Below are positions 9,856-18,654 of a stretch of DNA of 64,000 nucleotides, one piece after another. Position 1 is the stretch's first letter. Each line of letters begins with the position of its first letter. The translations under genes and the position numbers were made by a program. The DNA is from an uncultured Acidobacteriota bacterium (GTDB taxonomy: Bacteria; Acidobacteriota; Terriglobia; Terriglobales; Acidobacteriaceae), in NCBI GenBank assembly GCA_903832295.1, contig CAILAZ010000227.1:12998-76997 (forward strand). Reading direction: 5' to 3'. Under the pieces are notes generated by a model. It saw nothing but the letters and a program-made list of their open reading frames with translations. It had not been told where the DNA came from and did not search any database.

Positions 9856-9884
9856 AAGGCCGCCCGAATTCATCGAGCGGCCTT
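9856..9884. terminator. hairpin between convergent cdd and adenosine deaminase genes
   Basis: AAGGCCGC (9856-9863) pairs with GCGGCCTT (9877-9884), with inner CGA/TCG pairs. The T-rich tail (TGTGTTTGTG) is only on the minus strand, so it more likely terminates the deaminase gene. Confidence 0.55.
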
Positions 9885-9907
9885 CGTCGTTCCTCAGTCG
9901 CGGCTTC

Positions 9908-11512
9908 CTAGAATTTGTTCTCGAAATCCACAAAGCGGTGTTCCAGCCGCCACTCCTCGCGGGCCTTCTCGCTCCCGTTCAGGAATTTCATGCACCCGCC
10001 CGTCGGCAGGTTCGTTGGCTTCTCGCCCGAGCACTCATGCACCGGAACAAACTTGTGCGCATCGCTCCACAGGCTCGCGCCCGGCAAAAATGAGTGTTCA
10101 ATGCTCGTCCGTGCCATCCGCTTCAGCGTCACGTAATCCAGTCCCTGGTCCAGCACCGCGCGCTCATACTCCCGCGTCATCTCTGAGCGCGATACGCCCT
10201 CGTCATCCGTGGCCAGCGCCACCGGCACCCCGGCCTTCAGATACATCGCCAGCGGATGCTGTCTCCCATGTACTCCCAGGATGCCTTCGTTCGATGTCAG
10301 GCAGATCTCCACCATCACGTTCCTGTGCGCCATCATTGCCAGCAACTCGTGCGGATTCTCTTCGTACATCACGTCCACGCCGTGCCCAATCCGCTCCGCC
10401 TTGCCCAGCTCAATCGACTCCCGTATGTGCGTCCGCAGCCCGTCCGGTGGCACAATCCCAGGCTTCAGCTCTCCGGCGTGCAGTGTCAGGTGAACATTCG
10501 GATACAGACTCTTCAGGTAGCTCACCATCTGCATGTGCAGGTGGAAGTCATGCATCGGCACATACCAGTCTTCCGGCTGCACCAGGTTCAGCGAAACCAC
10601 CCGGGGATCGCGGCTTGCCAGCTCAAATCCCATCAGGATCTGCGCAAACACCTGCACCGGCTTGGCTCCCCGCATCACCGTGTAGATATATCGCACGTGT
10701 ACTGAGCAGCCTCCGCCATGCGCTTCCGGCTCGCTCGCGCACTTCAACTGCGCGTTCTTTCCCGCCTCCATCGCGTCCAGGTTCTTGCGGGCTTCTTCCA
10801 CAATGCTTGCAAAGTCTGCCGCCAGCAGTTTTTGCCGCAGCGCCGCCAGGTCGCCGTCGTAGACAATCTTGCTCGCCGCCGCCGCCGCCCGTCCGTGGTC
10901 TGGCGAAACCATCAGTTCCATGTACTGCACGTTGCCGTCTGCCGCGCGCTGCGTCACCTCGGCCAATATCTGCCCCAGGTGCGCCTCCGTAGCCGCGCCA
11001 AATTTCCCAAAGCTGTCGAAGAAGTGGTCGTGTCCATCCACTCCCGGCTTCAAGTCGCGCATCGACCACGCATCAATCGCGCCCCGGTACAGCTCCGGAT
11101 CGCTCAGCGCCAATCGCGCTTCTGCCTGGTTCGGCTGGCAGGGTGCCGCCGTCAGCACAAAGGTCACCCGGTCCAGGCAAAGCCCAGAATCCGCCGCAAA
11201 CCCTATCAGCGTCTCCGCGTACACCGCGCCCGTAATGTGATTGTGCAGGTCGCCGCCCTTGGGCATCTCTTTCAGCAGCGCGTACAGCGCTCCCCCGTTG
11301 CCCCTGGCCTCGCTCAGTGCCCGTTCCGCCCGCCCTTCCGCGGTATCTGGTGGATGCTGTTCTGCCTGCTGCTGCTGTTCTTTTGCCACCTGCTGCGCCG
11401 CCGTCGCCGGGCGCGCAGGTGTGTTCTTGAATGCCTGTATCTGTGATCCGGCATGGATCGATACCACTGCGGCGAAAACCGCGATTATCAGTCCCGCGCT
11501 GCGCTGGCGCAT
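9908..11512 (-). CDS. add: adenosine deaminase family protein with signal peptide (ADA2/ADGF-like architecture)
   Basis: 534 aa, N-terminal MRQRSAGLIIAVFAAVVSIHAGS. Deaminase motifs DLHNHITG, LTLHAGE, RIGHGV, ATDDEGV. The long N-terminal extension relative to cytosolic Add is an inference. Confidence 0.8.
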   Translation of the reverse strand: MRQRSAGLIIAVFAAVVSIHAGSQIQAFKNTPARPATAAQQVAKEQQQQAEQHPPDTAEGRAERALSEARGNGGALYALLKEMPKGGDLHNHITGAVYAETLIGFAADSGLCLDRVTFVLTAAPCQPNQAEARLALSDPELYRGAIDAWSMRDLKPGVDGHDHFFDSFGKFGAATEAHLGQILAEVTQRAADGNVQYMELMVSPDHGRAAAAASKIVYDGDLAALRQKLLAADFASIVEEARKNLDAMEAGKNAQLKCASEPEAHGGGCSVHVRYIYTVMRGAKPVQVFAQILMGFELASRDPRVVSLNLVQPEDWYVPMHDFHLHMQMVSYLKSLYPNVHLTLHAGELKPGIVPPDGLRTHIRESIELGKAERIGHGVDVMYEENPHELLAMMAHRNVMVEICLTSNEGILGVHGRQHPLAMYLKAGVPVALATDDEGVSRSEMTREYERAVLDQGLDYVTLKRMARTSIEHSFLPGASLWSDAHKFVPVHECSGEKPTNLPTGGCMKFLNGSEKAREEWRLEHRFVDFENKF

Positions 11513-11677
11513 GGATCCCCCCTGGAGCCGCCTGGCCCCATGTCAGTGAACATAAGAAATCATATCGCGAAACCAATACTTTAGCTCTACCCCCGGCCCC
11601 CCCGGGAGCCGCATCGTTTCCCCGCTTGCAACTTTCGCTCAGACCTTCTACTATCCCCTTTCTCCGTTTCTTACGTC

Positions 11678-12217
11678 ATGCCTTTTTGGGAGCCGCTCAT
11701 CGTGTCAGACCTCAAAGTGCTTTTTTCCCGTGAACAGATTGCCGCCCGCGTCGCCGAACTGGGCCAGCAGATTACAAAAGATTTTGCCGGAGAGCCCGTC
11801 GTCCTCGTCGGCGTCCTCAAGGGCGCTGCCATCTTCCTCAGCGACCTCTCCCGCCAGATCGAGCTCGACTCCACCTTTGACTTCATCGCCGTCTCCAGCT
11901 ACGGAAACCAGAAGCAGAACAGCGGCGAGGTCAAGCTCCTTAAAGACGTCGATCAGTCCATGGAAGGCCGCAACGTCATCCTCGTCGAAGACATCCTCGA
12001 CACCGGCCTCACCATGTCCTACCTCAAGAAAATGATCGAGGCCCACCACCCCCGCGCCTTCAAGATCGCCGCTCTCCTCGACAAGCGATGCCGCCGCCAG
12101 CAGCCCATTTACGCCGATTATGTCGGTTTCGAAATCCCTGACGAATTCGTCGTCGGCTACGGCATGGATTACGCCGAACGCTATCGTAACCTTCCGGATA
12201 TTTGCGTCGTACCTTAG
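11678..12217 (+). CDS. hpt: hypoxanthine phosphoribosyltransferase
   Basis: 179 aa with the PRPP-binding motif NVILVEDILDTGLT; typical Hpt length and ends. Confidence 0.92.
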   Translation: MPFWEPLIVSDLKVLFSREQIAARVAELGQQITKDFAGEPVVLVGVLKGAAIFLSDLSRQIELDSTFDFIAVSSYGNQKQNSGEVKLLKDVDQSMEGRNVILVEDILDTGLTMSYLKKMIEAHHPRAFKIAALLDKRCRRQQPIYADYVGFEIPDEFVVGYGMDYAERYRNLPDICVVP

Positions 12218-12301
12218 TTGGCCGCCTTCCTCCGGTCGTACACTAGGAGGGGCCATTTCCCATGGACACCGGACCGCCTCGCGGTCCAGGCAGGTACTTG
12301 A

Positions 12302-13015
12302 ATGCAGCAAACAATCAGCTTGATTCCTTCTCCGGACGCAATTCGCAATGATTGGCGCCTCGCCGCAAAACTCATCGACCACACTCTCCTCAAGCCTGAA
12401 GGCACCCGCGAGCAGGTAACAAAGCTCTGCCGCGAAGCCGTCGAATACGGCTTTTACTCCGTGATGGTCAATCCCTCCAACATCGCCCAGTGCAAATCCG
12501 AGCTTCGCGGCTCCAGCGTCGTCGTCGGCACCGTCATCGGATTTCCCCTCGGCGCAACCACCTCCACCTCCAAGCTCGCCGAAGCCAGCGACTCCCTCCG
12601 CCTCGGCGCCACCGAACTCGACATGGTCATCAACGTCGGCGCTCTCAAGAGCGGAGACCGCGACCTCGTCCAGATGGAGATCCAGTCCCTCGTCCATCTC
12701 TGCCACCGCTCCGGAGCCCTGCTCAAGGTCATCATCGAAACCGCCCTGCTCACCACCGAGGAAAAAATCCTCATCTGTCAGCTTGCCGCCGCCGTCGATG
12801 TCGATTTCGTCAAAACCTCCACCGGCTTCTCCACCGCCGGAGCCACCACCGCCGATGTCTCCCTCATGCGCGGCGTCGTCGGCCACAAAATCGGCGTCAA
12901 GGCCGCCGGAGGCATTCGCACCGCCGCTGACCTGCTTGCCATGGTCGAGGCCGGAGCCAGTCGTGTAGGCGTCTCCGCCAGCGTCGCCATCGTCCGCGAA
13001 CTCGGCGCAAAGTAA
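12302..13015 (+). CDS. deoC: deoxyribose-phosphate aldolase
   Basis: 237 aa: IDHTLLKPE, VDFVKTSTGF (Schiff-base Lys), VKAAGGIRT. Confidence 0.92.
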   Translation: MQQTISLIPSPDAIRNDWRLAAKLIDHTLLKPEGTREQVTKLCREAVEYGFYSVMVNPSNIAQCKSELRGSSVVVGTVIGFPLGATTSTSKLAEASDSLRLGATELDMVINVGALKSGDRDLVQMEIQSLVHLCHRSGALLKVIIETALLTTEEKILICQLAAAVDVDFVKTSTGFSTAGATTADVSLMRGVVGHKIGVKAAGGIRTAADLLAMVEAGASRVGVSASVAIVRELGAK

Positions 13016-13034
13016 GCATCTAGCTTTACCCACC

Positions 13035-13064
13035 AGGCCCGGCCACCCGCCGGGCCTCTTTTCT
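13035..13064 (+). terminator. intrinsic terminator after deoC
   Basis: AGGCCCGGC (13035-13043), loop CACCC, GCCGGGCCT (13049-13057), then CTTTTCT. Confidence 0.7.
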
Positions 13065-13158
13065 GCTCCAGCCAGTGTCAGAGAAAAGTCCTCCATGCCT
13101 CCCCGGAACCCGCGCAAATGTCGGCTATACTCTCCTGCAAACAACTCAGGAGGTGGGG

Positions 13159-14178
13159 ATGAGCAACTGCAGGCGAAAGCTCTGCACAATCATGTATGCC
13201 CTGACGTTCCTAGGGGCAGCGCAACTTCACGCACAGGCACAACACTTCAATGTCGGGGACGCCGTGGACCTGAAGATCGGGACACAGTGGCTGTCATGCA
13301 CCATTCAGAGCCCTTTTTACGGTGGCGGCTATGATCTGAAATGCGGCTCGGCGACCGGGTACCGGGGCTCAGCGGATCCCGCGCGCCTCCGCCCCCATCA
13401 GAATGAGCCACAGACGGCTGCGGCTGCACCACCAGCAGCTACGGCCCGTCCGGCTCCGCCCGCAGCGCGGCCCAATCCCGCTCCTGCGGCTCCGCCCGCA
13501 GCCGCAGCCGGACAGTTCCGCGTCGGCGACAACGTAGAGATCAACTCGGCCGGCACCTGGAAGTGGTGTACGGTCAGCTCTCCCTTGCAGGCCGGAGGCT
13601 ACAACGTGCAGTGCGGGCCGGACGATCTTCGCATCGGCTCCGACCCCGGCCACATCCGTCCGCACACTCTTACGGCCCAGGAGCAGGCGATCGTCAATCA
13701 GACCAACAATGCCATGGCCCACCGCCCCACCGGCAACGGCCCCGGAGCGCAGTATGGCACCCGCGAACCGACCACCTGCAACTCCCGCAGCGGCCCCTTG
13801 AACGCCACCACCGCGCGCCAGTACTTCATCTGCGACAACGAGGGGATCATTTACAACACTATGAACCTGGTCTCGAATGTCACCATCAGTGCACTTGCCT
13901 CGCGGCCATTCAACTACAACCAGGACTCCGCCAAGAACGGAATCGATGTCAGCCAACCGGTCTATGACATTCGCGGCAGCTACAAAAAGTACCAGTGCGT
14001 CAAGCCCTTGAACCCGGACAACGCCTTCAACGTGACCCACAACTGTTACCTCTATGACCAGCCCAACGCCGAGGGTTCCTGCTACATGAACACCTTCCAC
14101 GAGTGGCACTGCCTCATGTCGGACTTCCATGTGGGCAACATCCCGGTCAAGAACCAGATGCCTCCCGCAACCAACTAG
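13159..14178 (+). CDS. secreted hypothetical protein with two ~51-aa internal repeats and a Cys-rich C-terminal domain
   Basis: ORF 13075..14178 trimmed to ATG 13159 (AGGAGG SD; MSNCRRKLCTIMYALTFLGAAQLHAQA signal). Repeats HFNVGDAVDL..W..CT..SP..GGY..CG...DP..LRPH and QFRVGDNVEI..W..CT..SP..GGY..CG...DP..IRPH are separated by a Pro/Ala linker. Confidence 0.6.
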   Translation: MSNCRRKLCTIMYALTFLGAAQLHAQAQHFNVGDAVDLKIGTQWLSCTIQSPFYGGGYDLKCGSATGYRGSADPARLRPHQNEPQTAAAAPPAATARPAPPAARPNPAPAAPPAAAAGQFRVGDNVEINSAGTWKWCTVSSPLQAGGYNVQCGPDDLRIGSDPGHIRPHTLTAQEQAIVNQTNNAMAHRPTGNGPGAQYGTREPTTCNSRSGPLNATTARQYFICDNEGIIYNTMNLVSNVTISALASRPFNYNQDSAKNGIDVSQPVYDIRGSYKKYQCVKPLNPDNAFNVTHNCYLYDQPNAEGSCYMNTFHEWHCLMSDFHVGNIPVKNQMPPATN

Positions 14179-14196
14179 CCGCTGGAGAGGACTCCC

Positions 14197-14229
14197 GCGG
14201 CCCGGCACCCCGCCGGGCCGCTCCTTTTT
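14197..14229 (+). terminator. intrinsic terminator
   Basis: GCGGCCCGGC (14197-14206) pairs with GCCGGGCCGC (14212-14221), followed by TCCTTTTT. Confidence 0.75.
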
Positions 14230-14347
14230 GCCCGCTCCCCCCTCTCCCCGCAAGAATCTGCTTTCCCCGGAATCCCGCGTAAGATAAGCTCAAATCGTCT
14301 TATAAACAACCTATCGGGAGTGCCGTGCCCTCCCGGAATGGCCTCAG

Positions 14348-15670
14348 ATGCTTTTTGTCGAACTCATCCGCAGAAAGCGCGACGGCAAAGAACTGTCGCG
14401 CGAAGAAATTGAAGCAATCGTCGCCGGATACACCCGTAGCGAATTCCCCGATTATCAGGTCTCCGCCTTCCTGATGGCCGCACTTCTTCGTGGCCTCTCC
14501 CACGCCGAAACCGCAGCCCTCACCAACGCCATGCTCAACTCCGGCAAGGTTCTCGACTTCTCCGAGATCCCCGGCCCCAAAATCGATAAGCACTCCACCG
14601 GCGGCGTCGGAGACAAAACCTCCCTCATCCTTGCCCCCATCGTCGCTGCCGCGGGCGTCAACGTCCCCATGGTCAGCGGCCGCGGCCTCGGACATACCGG
14701 CGGCACCCTCGACAAGCTCGAAGCCATCCCCGGCTTCAACGTCCATCTCACCCTGGACGAATTCCGCCGCATCCTCGCCGCCGTCGGCTGCGCCATGATC
14801 GGCCAGACCGAAGACCTCGCTCCCGCTGACAAAAAGCTCTACTCCCTCCGTGACGTCACCGGAACCGTCGAGAGCCCCTCCCTCATCTGCGCCTCCATCA
14901 TGAGCAAAAAGCTCGCCGAAGGCATTGACGGACTCGTCCTCGATGTCAAAACCGGCTCTGGCGCATTTATGAAGACCCCCGCCGATGCCGAGCACCTCGC
15001 CGAACTCATGGTTGAAACCGGTGAGCGCATGGGCAAAAAGATGGTCGCCCTCATCACGGACATGGATCAGCCTCTCGGCCGCTACATCGGCAACGCTCTT
15101 GAGGTTGTCGAGTGTGTCGAAATCCTCCGCGGAAACTTCGCCGGATCCGAGGATCTCGTCGAACTCACCATCGAACTCTGCGCCTGGATGTTCCTCCTCG
15201 GCGGACGCACCGCCACCCGCGAGGAAGGCCGCGCCCTCGCCTTTGACATCGTCCTCAGCGGCCAGGCTCTCTCCAAATTCCGCGACCTCGTTCGCGAGCA
15301 GGGTGGAGACCTCCGCGCCATCGACGATCTCTCGCTCCTCCCCCAGGCCTCCTTCCGCGATGAAATCCTCGCTCCCGCCTCCGGCTTCCTCACCGCCATT
15401 GAGTGCGAGCGCATGGGAATCGCCGGAGTCATGCTGGGCGGCGGCCGTTTCACCAAGGAAGACGCCGTCGATCCCGCCGTCGGGATCGTTCTCCACCGCA
15501 AGGTGGGCGACGCGGTCTCCCAGGGCGACTCGCTCTGCACTGTCTTCTACAACTCGGCCGAGCGCTTTGCCGCTGCCCGGCCCGTCATCGTCGGAGCCTA
15601 TTCCATCGGCGCTGCCAAACCGCAGCCCCGTGCTCTGGTTCAGAAAGTGATTCAAGGCAAGTCTGTCTGA
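14348..15670 (+). CDS. deoA: thymidine / pyrimidine-nucleoside phosphorylase
   Basis: 440 aa: KHSTGGVGDKTSL, SGRGLGHTGGTLDKLE; full-length family match. Confidence 0.92.
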   Translation: MLFVELIRRKRDGKELSREEIEAIVAGYTRSEFPDYQVSAFLMAALLRGLSHAETAALTNAMLNSGKVLDFSEIPGPKIDKHSTGGVGDKTSLILAPIVAAAGVNVPMVSGRGLGHTGGTLDKLEAIPGFNVHLTLDEFRRILAAVGCAMIGQTEDLAPADKKLYSLRDVTGTVESPSLICASIMSKKLAEGIDGLVLDVKTGSGAFMKTPADAEHLAELMVETGERMGKKMVALITDMDQPLGRYIGNALEVVECVEILRGNFAGSEDLVELTIELCAWMFLLGGRTATREEGRALAFDIVLSGQALSKFRDLVREQGGDLRAIDDLSLLPQASFRDEILAPASGFLTAIECERMGIAGVMLGGGRFTKEDAVDPAVGIVLHRKVGDAVSQGDSLCTVFYNSAERFAAARPVIVGAYSIGAAKPQPRALVQKVIQGKSV

Positions 15671-15701
15671 TTTCTACACTGTTGAATTTGAGAGGGAAGC
15701 A

Positions 15702-16943
15702 ATGGGACGTTTCATTGGAGTGATCGGGCTGATCTTGATGCTGGCCGTCGCCTGGCTGTTTTCCACCAACCGCAAGGCCATCCGCTGGCGTGTCGTCGCC
15801 ACCGGAGTCGCCCTCCAGGTAGTCTTTGCCATCTTCGTCACCAAGGTCGTCTGGGGACAGCGTGCCATCGGTGCTGCCGGTTCCGGCGCCAAGCGCCTCC
15901 TCGACTGCTCTTTCGCAGGCTCCAGATTCGTCTTCGGAGAGGCCGGCAAGCCAGCCGACATCTCCAGTCTCGGATTCATCTTTGCCTTCCAGGTCCTCCC
16001 GGCGATCATCTTCATCGCCGCCTTCTTCGCCATCCTCTACTACTTCGGAATCATGCAGGTCGTCATCCGCGGCATCGCCGTCGTCATGGAAAAAACCATG
16101 GGCGCCAGCGGCGCTGAGTCTCTCAACCTCGCTGCTTCCATCGTCATGGGACAAACCGAGGCTCCGCTCACCATCCGGCCTTTCCTCGCAGGTCTCACCC
16201 AGTCGGAACTCATGGTCGTCATGACCGCCGGCATGGCGCACGTCTCAGGCAGCATCATGGCTGCCTACATCTACGCCGGACGCGTTGCCCCCTCCCATCT
16301 CCTCGCCGCCGTCATCATGACCGCGCCCGGAACTCTCACCATCGCCAAAATGTTCGTCCCGGAGACCGGAGTCCCGGAGACCGCCAGCGGTGCCGTAATG
16401 CCCAAGGAAGAGCGTGCCAGCAATGTCCTCGAAGCCGCCGCCAAGGGAACCAGTGACGGTCTTGGCCTCGCCCTCAACGTCGCCGCCATGCTCATCTCTT
16501 TCCTCTCCATCATCTTCCTCATCAACTCCCTGCTGGGCGGCAGCCACAACTTCTTCGCCGCTCACGGTTTCGCCTGGTTCCCCGCCAGCCTTGAGAAAAT
16601 TTTCGGCGTCCTCTTCGCGCCCATTGCCTTTATCATCGGAGTGCCCTGGCGTGATTGCATGGCCATCGGCAGCCTGCTGGGTACGCGCATGGTCCTCAAC
16701 GAACTCGTAGCCTTCAGCATGTTGGGTGCGCAAAAAGCCGCGCTCGATCCCCGTTCGTTCACCATCGCAACCTTCGCCCTCTGCGGATTCGCCAACTTCA
16801 GCTCCATCGGCATTCAGATCGGCGGCCTCGGAGCCCTCGCCCCATCCCGTCGCGGAGATCTTGCCCGCCTCGGATTCAAGGCCATGATCGCCGGAACCAT
16901 GGCCAACCTCATGTCGGCCTGCATCGTCGGAGTTCTGTTATGA
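15702..16943 (+). CDS. nupC: NupC/CNT-family nucleoside transporter
   Basis: 413-aa polytopic membrane protein with a conserved C-terminal region (GFANFSSIGIQIGG). Confidence 0.9.
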   Translation: MGRFIGVIGLILMLAVAWLFSTNRKAIRWRVVATGVALQVVFAIFVTKVVWGQRAIGAAGSGAKRLLDCSFAGSRFVFGEAGKPADISSLGFIFAFQVLPAIIFIAAFFAILYYFGIMQVVIRGIAVVMEKTMGASGAESLNLAASIVMGQTEAPLTIRPFLAGLTQSELMVVMTAGMAHVSGSIMAAYIYAGRVAPSHLLAAVIMTAPGTLTIAKMFVPETGVPETASGAVMPKEERASNVLEAAAKGTSDGLGLALNVAAMLISFLSIIFLINSLLGGSHNFFAAHGFAWFPASLEKIFGVLFAPIAFIIGVPWRDCMAIGSLLGTRMVLNELVAFSMLGAQKAALDPRSFTIATFALCGFANFSSIGIQIGGLGALAPSRRGDLARLGFKAMIAGTMANLMSACIVGVLL

Positions 16944-17821
16944 GTTCGCACGCAGATGTAAAGCACCTTGCCATGGATGAATACACCCGCGCCGAATCCG
17001 CGGCCAATGTCATCCGCATGCAGCTTTCGCAAAAGCCTCACCTTGGCCTGCCGGAGATCGCCGTCGTTCTCGGCTCCGGTCTCGGCTCCTTTGCTGACGA
17101 ACTCGCCGACCCCATCGCCATCCCCTACGGCTCCATCCCCAACTTTCCCCGCTCCACCGCCATCGGCCACGCCGGGCGCATGGTCATCGGCAAAATCGGA
17201 GACCTCACCGTCGCCGCCATGCAGGGCCGCGTCCACCAGTACGAGGGCTACAGCAGCCGCGAAGCCGCCTTCCCCGTCCGCGTCCTCGCCCGCCTCGGAG
17301 TCAAAAGCCTCGTCCTCACCAACGCCGCCGGAGGCATCAACCCCCTCTACGGCCAGGGCGCCCTCGTCCTCCTCAGCGACCACATCAACCTCCAGGGAAC
17401 CAACCCCCTCAACGGTCCCAATGACGACCGCTTCGGACCCCGTTTCCCCGGCATGAGCGAGGCCTACAACCCAGGCTTCCGCCGTATCGCCCAGGCCGCT
17501 GCCCGCGAACTCGGCTATGAACTCAATGAAGGCGTCTATGCCGCCCTCTCCGGTCCCAGTTATGAAACCCCTGCCGAGATTCGTTACCTCCGCACCATCG
17601 GAGCCGATCTCGTCGGCATGTCCACCGTTCCAGAGGTCATCGTCGCCCGTCACATGGGCGTGGAAGTCCTTGCCATCTCCTGCGTCACCAACATGGCCGC
17701 CGGTTTATCCGATGGCGAAATCAATCACGAAGAAGTTCTGGAGACCGGAGAGCGCGTGCGCGGAACCTTCCTCGCCCTGCTCACCGCCATCCTCCCCCGC
17801 ATCGCCGCTGAGGCAAAATAA
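16940..17821 (+). CDS. punA: purine nucleoside phosphorylase (trimeric PNP/MTAP family)
   Basis: ORF 16655..17821 trimmed to ATG 16940 (ATGA overlap with the nupC stop). Motifs GHAGRMV, LTNAAGG, VGMSTVPEV. Confidence 0.9.
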   Translation: MSSHADVKHLAMDEYTRAESAANVIRMQLSQKPHLGLPEIAVVLGSGLGSFADELADPIAIPYGSIPNFPRSTAIGHAGRMVIGKIGDLTVAAMQGRVHQYEGYSSREAAFPVRVLARLGVKSLVLTNAAGGINPLYGQGALVLLSDHINLQGTNPLNGPNDDRFGPRFPGMSEAYNPGFRRIAQAAARELGYELNEGVYAALSGPSYETPAEIRYLRTIGADLVGMSTVPEVIVARHMGVEVLAISCVTNMAAGLSDGEINHEEVLETGERVRGTFLALLTAILPRIAAEAK

Positions 17822-17864
17822 TCACCCCTCTTTTGGGGCAGTTTTTGGGAAGATCTACATCATC

Positions 17865-18485
17865 ATGAAGCCATATTTCATCGGAGTTGCAGGCCCTTCC
17901 TGCGCAGGCAAAAGTTACCTCGCCGAGCATCTTGCGGAAAAGCTCGACGCTGCCCTCTTTCACCTCGACTCCTACTACCGCGAGCTCGACCACCTCAGCC
18001 TCGTCCAGCGCGCCCATTACAACTTCGACTCTCCTGAGGCCCTCGACTCCAACCTCCTCCTCGACCAGGCCCGTCTCCTCTTCTCCGGAGAAACCATCGC
18101 CCGCCCGGTGTATGACTTCACCACCCACACCCGTACCGGCGAAACCCGGGAGCTCGTACCCCGTCCCTTCGTCATCGTCGAAGGCCTCTTCACCCTCTAC
18201 TGGGAAGACCTTCGCCGCATGCTCGGCACCAAGGTCTTTGTCGATCTCGGCGAAGATACCTGCCTCGAGCGCCGCATCGAGCGCGATATCCGCGAGCGTG
18301 GCCGAACCCGCGAGAGTGTCCTCGAACAGTACGCCACCACCGTCGCCCCCATGGCCCGGCAATATGTCTATCCCGCCCGCGTCCATGCCGATATCGTCGT
18401 CACCGGAGACGATGACATCGCCCGCGAGGTCGAGTCCGTCCTCCATCACGTTCAGCGCGGCGCCCGTGCCGTCTCCAGCTCCTGA
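17865..18485 (+). CDS. udk: uridine kinase
   Basis: ORF 17517..18485 trimmed to ATG 17865 (MKPYFIGVAGPSCAGKSYLAEHL...); P-loop kinase of Udk length. Confidence 0.88.
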   Translation: MKPYFIGVAGPSCAGKSYLAEHLAEKLDAALFHLDSYYRELDHLSLVQRAHYNFDSPEALDSNLLLDQARLLFSGETIARPVYDFTTHTRTGETRELVPRPFVIVEGLFTLYWEDLRRMLGTKVFVDLGEDTCLERRIERDIRERGRTRESVLEQYATTVAPMARQYVYPARVHADIVVTGDDDIAREVESVLHHVQRGARAVSSS

Positions 18486-18486
18486 C

Positions 18487-18557
18487 GGTGGCCCACATCC
18501 GCGTGGTGGCCTACATCCGCTCCTCCTTTGGGCAAATGTGGGGTAGCGAATGTGGGG
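18487..18557 (+). repeat. two tandem 16-mers plus two inverted 8-mers upstream of the phosphoesterase gene
   Basis: GGTGGCCCACATCCGC (18487-18502) and GGTGGCCTACATCCGC (18505-18520), then ATGTGGGG (18536-18543) and ATGTGGGG (18550-18557), the reverse complement of the CCCACAT core. Confidence 0.5.
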
Positions 18558-18654
18558 ACGCCAATGCAGTGCTGGCAGCCCCTTTGCTTTCATCCCGCTG
18601 CAACCTCGCGGGCGTACCATCATTCTTTACTCACAACCTCATCGGAGAAGCCTC

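Noticed and set aside
11705-13189. Long antisense ORFs across the window (e.g. 11705..13189 -, 939..2183 +, 9496..10992 +, 14300..15655 -, 45471..46955 +, 47646..48827 +, 62259..63137 -, 63165..63932 -)
   Set aside because: All lie opposite, or out of frame with, genes that have strong family signatures. Their products are Ala/Gly/Arg/Pro/Ser-rich low-complexity strings, typical of stop-poor frames in G+C-rich DNA.
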